DNA from: an uncultured Clostridia bacterium
GTDB lineage: Bacteria > Bacillota > Clostridia > TANB77 > CAG-508
Assembly: GCA_934178475.1 (NCBI GenBank)
Contig: CAKPQH010000001.1
Location: 190,902-254,901, forward strand
Length of the DNA: 64,000 nt
Direction: 5' to 3'
In this document: in pieces, positions 1 to 8,575 of the stretch
How positions within the stretch are numbered: the stretch's first letter is position 1
Layout of the letters: each line of letters opens with the position of its first letter
Made by a program: the position numbers and the translations under genes
Notes under the pieces: generated by a model
What the model saw: the letters and a program-made list of their open reading frames with translations, nothing else
Told to the model about the DNA's origin: nothing
The model's database searches: none

Positions 1-36
1 CTGTCCTCCAAAAAATACTGCTAATTTTATTTTCAT
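1..36 (-). CDS. ddl: D-alanine--D-alanine ligase, first 12 codons only (gene runs off the window)
   Basis: Minus-strand ATG at 34-36 preceded by AAGGAAAGG. Translates MKIKLAVFFGGQ, the typical Ddl N-terminus. Only 12 codons are visible. Confidence 0.4.
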   Translation of the reverse strand, partial: MKIKLAVFFGGQ

Positions 37-54
37 CTTTATCACCTTTCCTTT

Positions 55-1620
55 TTATAGATAATTATCTGGTAAATCATTTTCAAATAAGACTACCGAT
101 TTTTCTATTAGTAAACCATTCATTTTATTTAATGCATCATCTAAATCTTTTGCTATATAAACCTTTTCCAAATTAAATGTTGTTTCTTTTATTCCATCAT
201 ATATTGGTTTTGCTGCTTTTTCTCCAACTAATATTATAAAGTCCGAACTTTGGGCAGCTTGTTTCCCCAAGTTTTTATTAATTTCATATGCACTTTCACC
301 TAAATCAACAATCCCCGGTGTTATCAAAATCTTTTGCCTATCTTTAAATAACCCTAAAACATCTAATGCCATTTCAGCACCTTTTACATTAGAATTATAA
401 GCATCATCAATTATAATATTTCCATTTACAGTATTCTTCATCTCTAATCTATGTGGAATTGATTTTAATAATTTAATTCCTAATTTTATTTCATTATCGC
501 TAAGTCCTAATCTATATGCAACTAATGATGCTCCAAGTATATTTAAAATATTATGTTTTCCTAATAATTTCGTTCTAACATCAATTTTCTTTCCATCTTT
601 AAAACAAATAATGAAACTACTTCCTCTTTCATCTATTTCTATATTTTCTGCCCAAATATCATTTTCTTTATTACTTAAGCCATATTTAAGTATACTTTTA
701 TTTATTTTACAAGATACAATATTTTCATCATCATAATTTAAAAATCCAATTCCATCCTCTGGTAAAGCATCAATTAATTCCATTTTTGTTTTTTTAACAT
801 TTTCAATATTTTTAAAAGTTTCTAAATGTTGTTTTCCTATTGATGTAACTAATCCATATGCAGGTTTTACTAAATCACATATTTCTTTTATATCGCCAAT
901 ATTTTTAGCTCCCATTTCACAAACAAAAATCTGATTAGTAGATTTCATTTTTTCATTAATAGTTCTTACAACTCCCAAAGTAGTATTATAACTCTCTGGT
1001 GTCATTAAAACATCATATTTTTGCATTAATATTGTTGACAAGATATACTTTGTACTAGTCTTTCCAAAACTTCCTGTTATACCAATAACCTTAAGATTTG
1101 GCATGTTTTCTAATTTATTTTTAGCTTTATTATAAAATCCTTTTTGAATATTTTTTTCAATAGGAGAATTTATTATATTAATCAATATAACAACAAAATA
1201 TGCTAGTATAGTTATTAATAAATTAAATAATATAACATATCCTTTTACATCTAATAAATTTAAAAGTACAAACTGTATAATAGTTAATATAAAATATGTT
1301 GTATATAACCTTTTAACTCTATTTGTCACAACAAGTGGTTTTTTTTGTTTTTCTTTTTTATATGTAAAAATTAAAAATAAATTAATTAATATTAAAAATA
1401 TAATTCCATATAAATTATTTATAAAATAAAGAATTACTGAAAATAAAAATAATGTTTCTTTTTTTTGAAAAACCTTATTTTTATTATTTTTTATCCATTT
1501 AAAATATCTTTCATTTTTATAAGATTCTAATTGTAACATATGTATTCCATTTTTTGTTTTTTTATAAAAATAAACCATAAGTGTTATAAGAATAACATTA
1601 TATAATATATATATATACAC
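55..1620 (-). CDS. murF: MurF-like Mur ligase (UDP-MurNAc-tripeptide--D-Ala-D-Ala ligase family) with an extra N-terminal multi-pass membrane region
   Basis: 521-aa ORF with a GTG start 6 nt after GGAGTGGAG. Mur-ligase P-loop GITGSFGKTSTK and DDAYNSN motif. The first ~150 aa are hydrophobic helices. Lies directly upstream of the ddl start. Confidence 0.7.
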   Translation of the reverse strand: MYIYILYNVILITLMVYFYKKTKNGIHMLQLESYKNERYFKWIKNNKNKVFQKKETLFLFSVILYFINNLYGIIFLILINLFLIFTYKKEKQKKPLVVTNRVKRLYTTYFILTIIQFVLLNLLDVKGYVILFNLLITILAYFVVILINIINSPIEKNIQKGFYNKAKNKLENMPNLKVIGITGSFGKTSTKYILSTILMQKYDVLMTPESYNTTLGVVRTINEKMKSTNQIFVCEMGAKNIGDIKEICDLVKPAYGLVTSIGKQHLETFKNIENVKKTKMELIDALPEDGIGFLNYDDENIVSCKINKSILKYGLSNKENDIWAENIEIDERGSSFIICFKDGKKIDVRTKLLGKHNILNILGASLVAYRLGLSDNEIKLGIKLLKSIPHRLEMKNTVNGNIIIDDAYNSNVKGAEMALDVLGLFKDRQKILITPGIVDLGESAYEINKNLGKQAAQSSDFIILVGEKAAKPIYDGIKETTFNLEKVYIAKDLDDALNKMNGLLIEKSVVLFENDLPDNYL

Positions 1621-1637
1621 TTAAACTCCACTCCTTT

Positions 1638-2405
1638 TTATTTATCATTTTTTAAAAATTCATTTATAATTGTATTGGTTCTTCCTATTTGTTCTAAAAA
1701 TGCAAAATGTCCTGCTCCTTCATATACAACCAAACCACAATCTGGAATTCCCTTTTCTATAATTTTTGCATCTCTCATAGGAGTCGCCGTGTCCTTATCT
1801 CCCCATATTAACAATGTTGGTACACTAATATTTTTTAATAATTTTGTTTGATCTTCGTTTAATATAATTGACATTGTTCTTCTTAATACTTCTGGTGAAT
1901 TCTTATAATCCTCAGAAGCAACTTTATTGAATAATTTATCTTTCAACTTTTTTACTTTTTCACTTTGTGGTAAAATGTTCAAAATGTTTTTTCCAAGCTT
2001 AAAACTATATACTTTAAAAATCTTTTTAATACTCTTTTTCTCTTTTATTCCTGCACTATCTAATAATATAATTTTTTTAGCTTTAATTAAATTTCTACCT
2101 ATACAATTTAATATAATTCTACCACCATTTGAATGTCCAATTAATATAGGATTTTCTATATTTAGTTTATGTACGAATTCACTAAGAAAGTTTCCAAAAT
2201 CATCAGAAGTATACGGATGCTTAGGCAATTCACTTTTTCCAAATCCTATTACATCTACATTATATACCTTAAAATTTTGTGATAAGTTTTTCTCTAATAA
2301 TTTCATAGTTTCAAGATTTGCAAGCCATCCATGTAAAATTATAACTGCATTTCCCTCTCCTGAAACTTCATAGTTTATATTAACATCATCTATTTTTATA
2401 TTCAA
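1638..2405 (-). CDS. alpha/beta-fold hydrolase
   Basis: 255-aa ORF with nucleophile elbow GHSNGG, HG oxyanion motif (ILHGW) and C-terminal GAGHF histidine motif. Confidence 0.75.
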   Translation of the reverse strand: MNIKIDDVNINYEVSGEGNAVIILHGWLANLETMKLLEKNLSQNFKVYNVDVIGFGKSELPKHPYTSDDFGNFLSEFVHKLNIENPILIGHSNGGRIILNCIGRNLIKAKKIILLDSAGIKEKKSIKKIFKVYSFKLGKNILNILPQSEKVKKLKDKLFNKVASEDYKNSPEVLRRTMSIILNEDQTKLLKNISVPTLLIWGDKDTATPMRDAKIIEKGIPDCGLVVYEGAGHFAFLEQIGRTNTIINEFLKNDK

Positions 2406-2535
2406 GTTATCACCTCATAACATTTGTATTTTACACTATTACACTGAATTAATCAATAACATTTGCAAATTCTTGACATTTTTTTATCTTAATACTAATA
2501 TATATAATTATATTAAAAAAGGAGTTTTTAAGTTA

Positions 2536-3096
2536 ATGAATAAGGAAAATTTTATAAAAAAATATAATTTAAGAGAACTAACATCTAATGATGGTATATG
2601 CATAGATTTAATATACGCTACAAATAATAATTTTACTCATCAAAAGCTTTATAACGATACAACATGTTTATTAAGAGAAAACACTGCGGAAAAACTATTA
2701 AAAGCAAATAAAGAATTACTACAATATGGTTATAAAATAAAAATCTGGGATGCATTTAGGCCAATAAAAATCCAAGAAAAAATGTGGGAATTATATCCTA
2801 ATGAAAATTTTGTTGCTAATCCAAAAAATGGTAAAAGTAATCATTGTAAAGCTTCCGCAATTGATATAACATTATGTACATTAGACAATAAAAATGTGCC
2901 AATGCCTACGGAATTTGACCATTTTGGAATAGAAAGTTATAGAAATTATTATACCAATCTGCCTAAAAATATTCAAAAAAATGTAAAACTATTAGAAAAA
3001 ATAATGAAAAAAAATGGATTCGATCCTCTTTCTTCAGAATGGTGGCATTTTAACGACATGGATAATTATGATATTATCTATGAAATATACAATTAA
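2536..3096 (+). CDS. D-alanyl-D-alanine dipeptidase (VanX/DdpX, M15 family)
   Basis: ATG at 2536 follows GGAG at 2521. Motifs SNHCKASAIDITL (SxHxxGxAxD-like) and EWWHF are typical of VanX-family dipeptidases. The ORF-track start at 2473 lacks an RBS. Confidence 0.75.
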   Translation: MNKENFIKKYNLRELTSNDGICIDLIYATNNNFTHQKLYNDTTCLLRENTAEKLLKANKELLQYGYKIKIWDAFRPIKIQEKMWELYPNENFVANPKNGKSNHCKASAIDITLCTLDNKNVPMPTEFDHFGIESYRNYYTNLPKNIQKNVKLLEKIMKKNGFDPLSSEWWHFNDMDNYDIIYEIYN

Positions 3097-3120
3097 ATCC
3101 CCTGGAAATCTCCAGGGGAT
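3097..3120. terminator. bidirectional GC-rich hairpin between convergent genes
   Basis: ATCCCCTGGA-aatc-TCCAGGGGAT, a perfect 10-bp stem immediately after the dipeptidase stop. Confidence 0.7.
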
Positions 3121-3133
3121 CATTATTAATGAA

Positions 3134-3655
3134 TCATTTTTGAACTTTTTCAGATTCTTCAGCCTTTTTAGCTTTTTCAGTTTTTACAACAATATCATCC
3201 GGATTAAACCTCAACGTCAAAAATAATAATTTTCTAGGCTGAGGTTCTCCGTCTGCATCATCACCTGAAATGAAATTATGAAAAAGTTCTCCAATGGACC
3301 TGTTTTCGCCGCCAGCTAAAATATGCCTATCTCCATTTACCTCCGAGTCTAATAACAAAGCTTCATCTTCCTCAAGTTTATTTATTTCAACAAAATCTTT
3401 TGTTGAAAAATTGACTTTTAGAAAATTACAAACTTCTTCCCACTCGGTATCATAAGTAACCGTAGCTTGGCAACCATAATCTTCTGCAAACAGTCTTGCA
3501 ATAGTTTTAGCTTCGCCCAAACTTCTAACGCCCTTTTTTACTGGTTTCACAGTAAAAAACGTACCTTTTCCAAGTCTTATCAGTTTTAGATCATTCCACT
3601 CCCAGATTGGAATTTTCTCCCAAATAGACCGATTCATAATAATATTCTTTTCCAT
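3134..3655 (-). CDS. hypothetical protein, compositionally atypical (GC-richer)
   Basis: ATG at 3655 (MEKNIIMNRS...) is preceded by GGAGGAA. No recognisable motifs. Acidic protein with a K/E-rich tail. Local G+C is clearly higher than in the flanks. Confidence 0.6.
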   Translation of the reverse strand: MEKNIIMNRSIWEKIPIWEWNDLKLIRLGKGTFFTVKPVKKGVRSLGEAKTIARLFAEDYGCQATVTYDTEWEEVCNFLKVNFSTKDFVEINKLEEDEALLLDSEVNGDRHILAGGENRSIGELFHNFISGDDADGEPQPRKLLFLTLRFNPDDIVVKTEKAKKAEESEKVQK

Positions 3656-3810
3656 ACAAAATTCCTCCTTCTTGTATTTTATTTTTTTGTTTTGATGTAT
3701 GGTTTTTATGCTTGTCGTTAATAACGAGCACATATCATATTATATCACATATTTACATAATACGCAAATTAAAAGGAATGAAAGTTCTAACCTTCACTCC
3801 TTAAATCAAC

Positions 3811-3981
3811 CTATTTAACTGATCTATTTGCAATTTCAATTGCTTTAGTAACTATATTTCCACAATTCTTAGATGATACATTTTCCCATCCACCATCTTT
3901 TTTTACTTGATCAAAAACACCTAATTCTTTTGCAATTTCCATTTTTAAATTCTCAGACATCAATTTACTATTTCTGGACAT
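3811..3981 (-). CDS. small acid-soluble spore protein, alpha/beta type
   Basis: Not in the ORF track (56 aa). Preceded by an AGGAGGATTGAGAT RBS. Translates MSRNSKLMSENLKMEIAKELGVFDQVKKDGGWENVSSKNCGNIVTKAIEIANRSVK, which carries the two conserved SASP blocks (EIAxELGV and CGxxVxxAIE). Confidence 0.85.
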   Translation of the reverse strand: MSRNSKLMSENLKMEIAKELGVFDQVKKDGGWENVSSKNCGNIVTKAIEIANRSVK

Positions 3982-4086
3982 ATCTCAATCCTCCTAAATA
4001 ATTAAGAAAATATAAAATTTTCTTTATAATATTATTTGCAAAAAAGATATTTTTATCTATCAAATTTTTTACTAAAAATCAAATTT

Positions 4087-5430
4087 TTACATAGTCAAAA
4101 TACCACTTGGTGTATTTGTAATTATCAATATATCTTGTTCTTCTCCAGTCTCTGCATTTATATAAACTAAAAATTCCGTTCCATTTACTTTTCCCTTAAA
4201 TTCATAACATTGTATTTCTGTTTTCCATTTTGTTGGAATAACTGCCTTACCTTCTGACTGTATATCTATATTTTTATTTAATCTTAATTTTGCTTGATTC
4301 AAAGAAATTTTATATTTATCCAATACTCTTTCTGTATGATTATTTAAATAACCTGTTGTCTCTATCCCCAAAATTTCACCATTATCTAATGCTATTTTAA
4401 CTTTTATTAAATCTGGATACATTACAACCTCATCTTGTACATATGCATAATTAACTGTTAAAATTCCCATTTCATTTAAATAATATGTTTCTTTCATATT
4501 CATAAAACCTTTTTGCTCTAAATATTCTTTTCCCATTTTATTTGCATCTTCATAACTTATTTTTTCTTCACTTACATCTCTATTACTATTCATATATACT
4601 ATATGTCCACCTGTTTTAGAAATTGTAATTGATATATCATTATTATTTTTTTTAGCAGAAAAACTATATACTGGTATATTAGCATTTTCAACATACCCTA
4701 ATTTATTAAATTCTTGTATATCATTTCCAATAAATTCTTTTGCAATTTCACTTGCTTTTTCCTCACTAATTTCTTCACCCGTTAATCCTTTTTTCTCTTC
4801 AGATGTTAAATGTTCAGAAAATGCACCATCATATATCAAACCCGAATATTCATGAAAATTATCTTCAATCGCATTAAAAGCATCCAAATTATTACTTACT
4901 TGAGTAGCAAATTCTGTACCACTGTTATTTAAATCTTTCCAACTTACTTGTCCTGAACTTATTTCTGAAAACAATTGATTTAATGCTTGTGACACTTCAA
5001 TACTATATGAATGTAAAATTTCTAGATTTTTTAAATCTTCTTCTGATAATTCTTCTCCTTTTATAGTTTTCCTTGATAATGATAAACTATAATCACTTAC
5101 CTGATTTAAAAATCTTTCTGTATTTTCCAATTCCTGACTTTGAATTGGAAGCATACATAAATAAGTTTGAGCTAAATTTGCTTCTCTCCATAAATACGTA
5201 AGAGTTTCCGCAGAATAAGAAGAACTTTTAGTAATTAAAGATTTTGCTAAATAATTTTCAACATTTTGTGAATAACTAACCAACTCGTAAAATGCCATAT
5301 CATAAGAGTTCTCACTTACATTTATTGTTTCATCTTTTTTATTTTTTAGTAAATATGCTAAATATATTATTACACCAACTAAAATTGCTATTATAGCATA
5401 AGTTATAATTTTCTTAACATTTTTTTTCAT
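4087..5430 (-). CDS. ypeB: germination protein YpeB (PepSY-domain)
   Basis: N-terminal TM helix. ENSYDMAFYELVSYSQNVENYL... aligns by eye with the B. subtilis YpeB N-domain. C-terminal PepSY-like repeats. The likely start is the ATG at 5430; the ORF-track GTG at 5442 overlaps the RBS. Confidence 0.8.
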   Translation of the reverse strand: MKKNVKKIITYAIIAILVGVIIYLAYLLKNKKDETINVSENSYDMAFYELVSYSQNVENYLAKSLITKSSSYSAETLTYLWREANLAQTYLCMLPIQSQELENTERFLNQVSDYSLSLSRKTIKGEELSEEDLKNLEILHSYSIEVSQALNQLFSEISSGQVSWKDLNNSGTEFATQVSNNLDAFNAIEDNFHEYSGLIYDGAFSEHLTSEEKKGLTGEEISEEKASEIAKEFIGNDIQEFNKLGYVENANIPVYSFSAKKNNNDISITISKTGGHIVYMNSNRDVSEEKISYEDANKMGKEYLEQKGFMNMKETYYLNEMGILTVNYAYVQDEVVMYPDLIKVKIALDNGEILGIETTGYLNNHTERVLDKYKISLNQAKLRLNKNIDIQSEGKAVIPTKWKTEIQCYEFKGKVNGTEFLVYINAETGEEQDILIITNTPSGILTM

Positions 5431-5546
5431 AATCTCTTTCACTCCTTATTTCTATATTTTGTATAAAAATTTTAAAAATATTCCATTTTACCAAAACTTA
5501 TGATATAATTTATTCATATTACAAATAAAAAAAGGAATAATAAAAT

Positions 5547-6674
5547 ATGAAAAAAATAATTATTTTTTACGCTTCATATGGCGGAGGACATTTATCAGCT
5601 TCAAAAGCAATTCAAAATTATATAAATAACAATTATGATGACGTAGAAACAGAACTAATTGATTGTATGAAATATGTAAATAAAACTATTGAAAAAGTAT
5701 CAACAACAGCTTATAAAGAAATGGCTAGAAAAGCACCTTGGGCTTGGGGAAAATTATATTTCGATTCTCAAAAAGGTCCGCTTGCTCAAATTTCAACAAG
5801 AGCAAATACTTTAATGGCGATTAAACTTTCAAAATTATTAAAAGAAAAAAGACCTGATTTAATAATTTCAACACACCCTTTTGGTTGCCAAATGTGTAGT
5901 TATTTAAAAAGAAAAGGCAAAATTGATACAGATATAGCAACCGTATTAACAGATTTTAAATCTCATATTCAATGGATTGTTGGTAGTGATTACATAAATT
6001 ATTATTTTGTTGCTAATGAAAGTATTAAAAACGAATTAATTGCTAAAAATATATCTCCTGAAAAAATATTTGTCACAGGAATTCCGATTTCCGAAAAATT
6101 TAGCTTATCTTATGATAAAAAAGAAATACTAGAAAATTTAAATTTTGAGGAAAACAAAAAAACTATTTTATTTTTCGGTGGTGGAAAATTAGGACTTGGA
6201 AAAACTAAAACAATTGAAATTTTTAAAAATGTAGTTAAAAGCTTTGAAAACACACAAATTATAGCTATATCAGGAGAAAACGATTCAATGTATAGTGCTT
6301 TCCATGAAATTATCACTTCAAATAACAGAGAAAATAATATCAAACTATTTAAATTTACTGATAAAATACCAGAAATTATGAGTATATCTGATATTGTAAT
6401 ATCTAAACCTGGAGGTCTTACCTCTTCCGAAGCTCTTGCTTCTTATGTTCCAATGATTATTATTAATCCCATACCTGGTCAAGAAGAAGAAAATGCAATT
6501 TTTATTGAAAATAATAATGCTGGTTATTGGCTAAGAAAACATGATAATATAGTTCCAGTATTAAACAGTATTTTAAATGATGATAATAAATTAGAAATTA
6601 TGAAAGAAAATACTAAAAAAATTTCTAAGAGAAATTCCACAAAAAATATTTGTGAAATATTATTTAATAAATAA
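5547..6674 (+). CDS. ugtP: processive diacylglycerol glycosyltransferase (UgtP/MGDG-synthase family, GT28)
   Basis: 375 aa. N-terminal YGGGHLSASKAI and C-terminal KPGGLTSSEA...PGQEEENA motifs match UgtP-type enzymes. Confidence 0.75.
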   Translation: MKKIIIFYASYGGGHLSASKAIQNYINNNYDDVETELIDCMKYVNKTIEKVSTTAYKEMARKAPWAWGKLYFDSQKGPLAQISTRANTLMAIKLSKLLKEKRPDLIISTHPFGCQMCSYLKRKGKIDTDIATVLTDFKSHIQWIVGSDYINYYFVANESIKNELIAKNISPEKIFVTGIPISEKFSLSYDKKEILENLNFEENKKTILFFGGGKLGLGKTKTIEIFKNVVKSFENTQIIAISGENDSMYSAFHEIITSNNRENNIKLFKFTDKIPEIMSISDIVISKPGGLTSSEALASYVPMIIINPIPGQEEENAIFIENNNAGYWLRKHDNIVPVLNSILNDDNKLEIMKENTKKISKRNSTKNICEILFNK

Positions 6675-6694
6675 TATTTAATTTAATTTAATTT

Positions 6695-6745
6695 AAATAA
6701 AATAAAGTAATTTATAAAATAAATATAACTTACTTTATTTTATTT
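6695..6745 (+). terminator. AT-only hairpin terminator after ugtP
   Basis: Perfect 16-bp arms AAATAAAATAAAGTAA / TTACTTTATTTTATTT followed by a T-rich tail. Confidence 0.5.
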
Positions 6746-7190
6746 TATTTTTATATTAATACTAGTTAATATATATTTTTTTAAAATTTTTTAGATTTTT
6801 TTTTAGCTATTTTGTATAATTTTTCTTTTAATATCTCAATTTTTCTCTTTATATATTTTTTTATCTTTTTTTCTTATTTTTCATATTAATTAAACAATAA
6901 ATATAAAAAATAAAATTTATTCTATTATTTTAAATTTATATAAAATAATATTTTTTAAAAAATATTGTATATTTGTTGATTTAATACCATAATAATTTTT
7001 TTATATTTTTTTCAGGTCATTTATATTGGCTTTATTTATATTATCTATATATATCTACTTTATTCTTTTAATTTATTTTTTTACCTTTTTATTTTAAAAT
7101 CAATTTATTATTTAATAATAAATTCTTATTCACAAAAAATTTTATTCTTAATAAATTATTATATATATTATATTTTAGGAGATTAATTAA

Positions 7191-7355
7191 ATGAATAAAA
7201 ATGATATATCTGGATGTGATTTTATAGCACTTTCCAGCAGTATTGCTATATTCTTAGGTAATAATCTGGATATAAATACATTAAACATACTTGCAAGTTT
7301 CTTTTCATCTTTAGGTGATAATCTAGGAATTATTGCTGCTTCCAAATCAGAATAA
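7191..7355 (+). CDS. small conserved-looking hypothetical protein (54 aa)
   Basis: Not in the ORF track. TAGGAG lies 9 nt upstream of the ATG. Translates MNKNDISGCDFIALSSSIAIFLGNNLDINTLNILASFFSSLGDNLGIIAASKSE. It resembles small clostridial proteins with a ...LGDxLxxIAA motif; the family name is not verified. Confidence 0.55.
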   Translation: MNKNDISGCDFIALSSSIAIFLGNNLDINTLNILASFFSSLGDNLGIIAASKSE

Positions 7356-7395
7356 ATAAATTAATTTATTTTTAAATAATTATATTAATTAAAAA

Positions 7396-7515
7396 TATAA
7401 AATAAAATAAAATAAAATAAAATAAAATAAAATAAAATAAAATAAATTAAAATAAATTAAATTAAAATAAAATAAATTAAAATAAATTAAATTAAATTAA
7501 AATAAATTAAATTAA
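7396..7515 (+). repeat. pentanucleotide array (A/T)TAAA, about 24 units
   Basis: (AATAA)9 followed by an interleaved AATAA/ATTAA series, contiguous and in register. Confidence 0.9.
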
Positions 7516-7540
7516 TAAATATTTTTATATTTAATATAAA

Positions 7541-7576
7541 AAAACAAATTAATCCAAAATTAAATTAATTTGTTTT
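7541..7576. terminator. bidirectional hairpin terminator downstream of recR
   Basis: AAAACAAATTAAT ... ATTAATTTGTTTT, a 13-bp stem flanked by A and T runs. Confidence 0.6.
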
Positions 7577-7596
7577 TTATCTACTATAATATTTAA

Positions 7597-8196
7597 TTAA
7601 ATTTCTCTTCTTCCTTCCAAAGCTTTACTCAATGTAACTTCATCTGTATATTCTAAATCTCCACCAACTGGAATTCCATGTGCGATTCTTGTAACACTAA
7701 TTCCTAGTGGCTTTATTAGTTTAGAAATATACATTGCCGTTGCCTCTCCCTCAACTCTTGGATTAGTTGCAAGTATTACTTCTTTTACATTTCCATCCAT
7801 AAGTCTAGATAATAATTCTTTTATTTTTATATCTTCTGGTCCTACACCATTCATTGGTGAAATTGAACCATGTAATACATGATATACTCCTTTAAATTCA
7901 TGTGTTCTTTCCATTGCCGCAACATCTCTAACATCTTCTACAACACATATCAATGATTGATCTCTCTTCGGATTAGAACATATTTGACAAGGATCATTGT
8001 CAGTAATATTAAAACATTTGCTACAATACTTTAAATTCTTTTTAGCGTTCACAATTGAAGATATAAACTCATTTGTTTCTTCTTCATTCCAATCTAAAAC
8101 ATGAAAAGCTAGCCTCGCAGCAGTTTTATGTCCAATGCTTGGCAATCTCTCAAAACTTTCAATTAATTTTTCTATTGATGGTGCAAATTCTGACAT
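7597..8196 (-). CDS. recR: recombination protein RecR
   Basis: 199 aa with a C4 zinc finger ([16 protein letters not shown]) and a Toprim domain. dnaX-ybaB-recR synteny. Confidence 0.95.
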   Translation of the reverse strand: MSEFAPSIEKLIESFERLPSIGHKTAARLAFHVLDWNEEETNEFISSIVNAKKNLKYCSKCFNITDNDPCQICSNPKRDQSLICVVEDVRDVAAMERTHEFKGVYHVLHGSISPMNGVGPEDIKIKELLSRLMDGNVKEVILATNPRVEGEATAMYISKLIKPLGISVTRIAHGIPVGGDLEYTDEVTLSKALEGRREI

Positions 8197-8213
8197 TTAT
8201 TTCACTCCTAAAA

Positions 8214-8558
8214 CTACATTAATCCAGGTATATTATATTTTCCCATAACATTAGATTGTTCATCATCAACTTTTCTTAACGCTTCATTTACGCATGTCAT
8301 AATTAAATCTTGTAACATTTCTACATCTTCTGGATCAACAACTTCTGGTTTTATTTTTATTTCTTTTATAACCTTAGCCCCACTAACTTTAACTTCTACT
8401 GCTCCACCACCTACTGATGCATCAAACTCTTTTAAAGCTATTTCCTCTTGTGTTTTAGTTAAATCTGCTTGCATTTTTTTAGCTTCTTTCATCAAACTAT
8501 TTATGTTCATTCCTCCGAATCCTCCCATTCCTCCTGGGAATCCTCCTCTTTTACCCAT
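8214..8558 (-). CDS. ybaB: nucleoid-associated protein YbaB/EbfC
   Basis: 114 aa with a G-rich N-terminus, MKEAKKMQ..., located between dnaX and recR. Confidence 0.9.
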   Translation of the reverse strand: MGKRGGFPGGMGGFGGMNINSLMKEAKKMQADLTKTQEEIALKEFDASVGGGAVEVKVSGAKVIKEIKIKPEVVDPEDVEMLQDLIMTCVNEALRKVDDEQSNVMGKYNIPGLM

Positions 8559-8575
8559 AATAAAATCTCCTTTCT

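Noticed and set aside
1927-2373. 148-aa plus-strand ORF inside the alpha/beta hydrolase gene
   Set aside because: It is entirely antisense to a motif-supported gene. It has a low-complexity F/L/I/S-rich translation and no RBS, so it is a shadow ORF typical of AT-rich DNA.
1-3096. Vancomycin-resistance (van) operon
   Set aside because: Only ddl, a murF-like gene and a VanX-like dipeptidase are visible. There is no VanH dehydrogenase, VanA/B-type ligase signature, VanY or VanRS two-component system.
3014-3226. 70-aa plus-strand ORF spanning the end of the dipeptidase gene and the start of the next gene
   Set aside because: It crosses a GC-rich terminator hairpin and overlaps two better-supported genes. 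It has no RBS.
7396-7515. Possible CRISPR array among the regularly repeated AT-rich tracts
   Set aside because: The period is 5 bp with no 25-40-bp repeats separated by unique spacers, and there are no cas genes in the window. The 98-bp repeat at 63011/63246 has only two copies.
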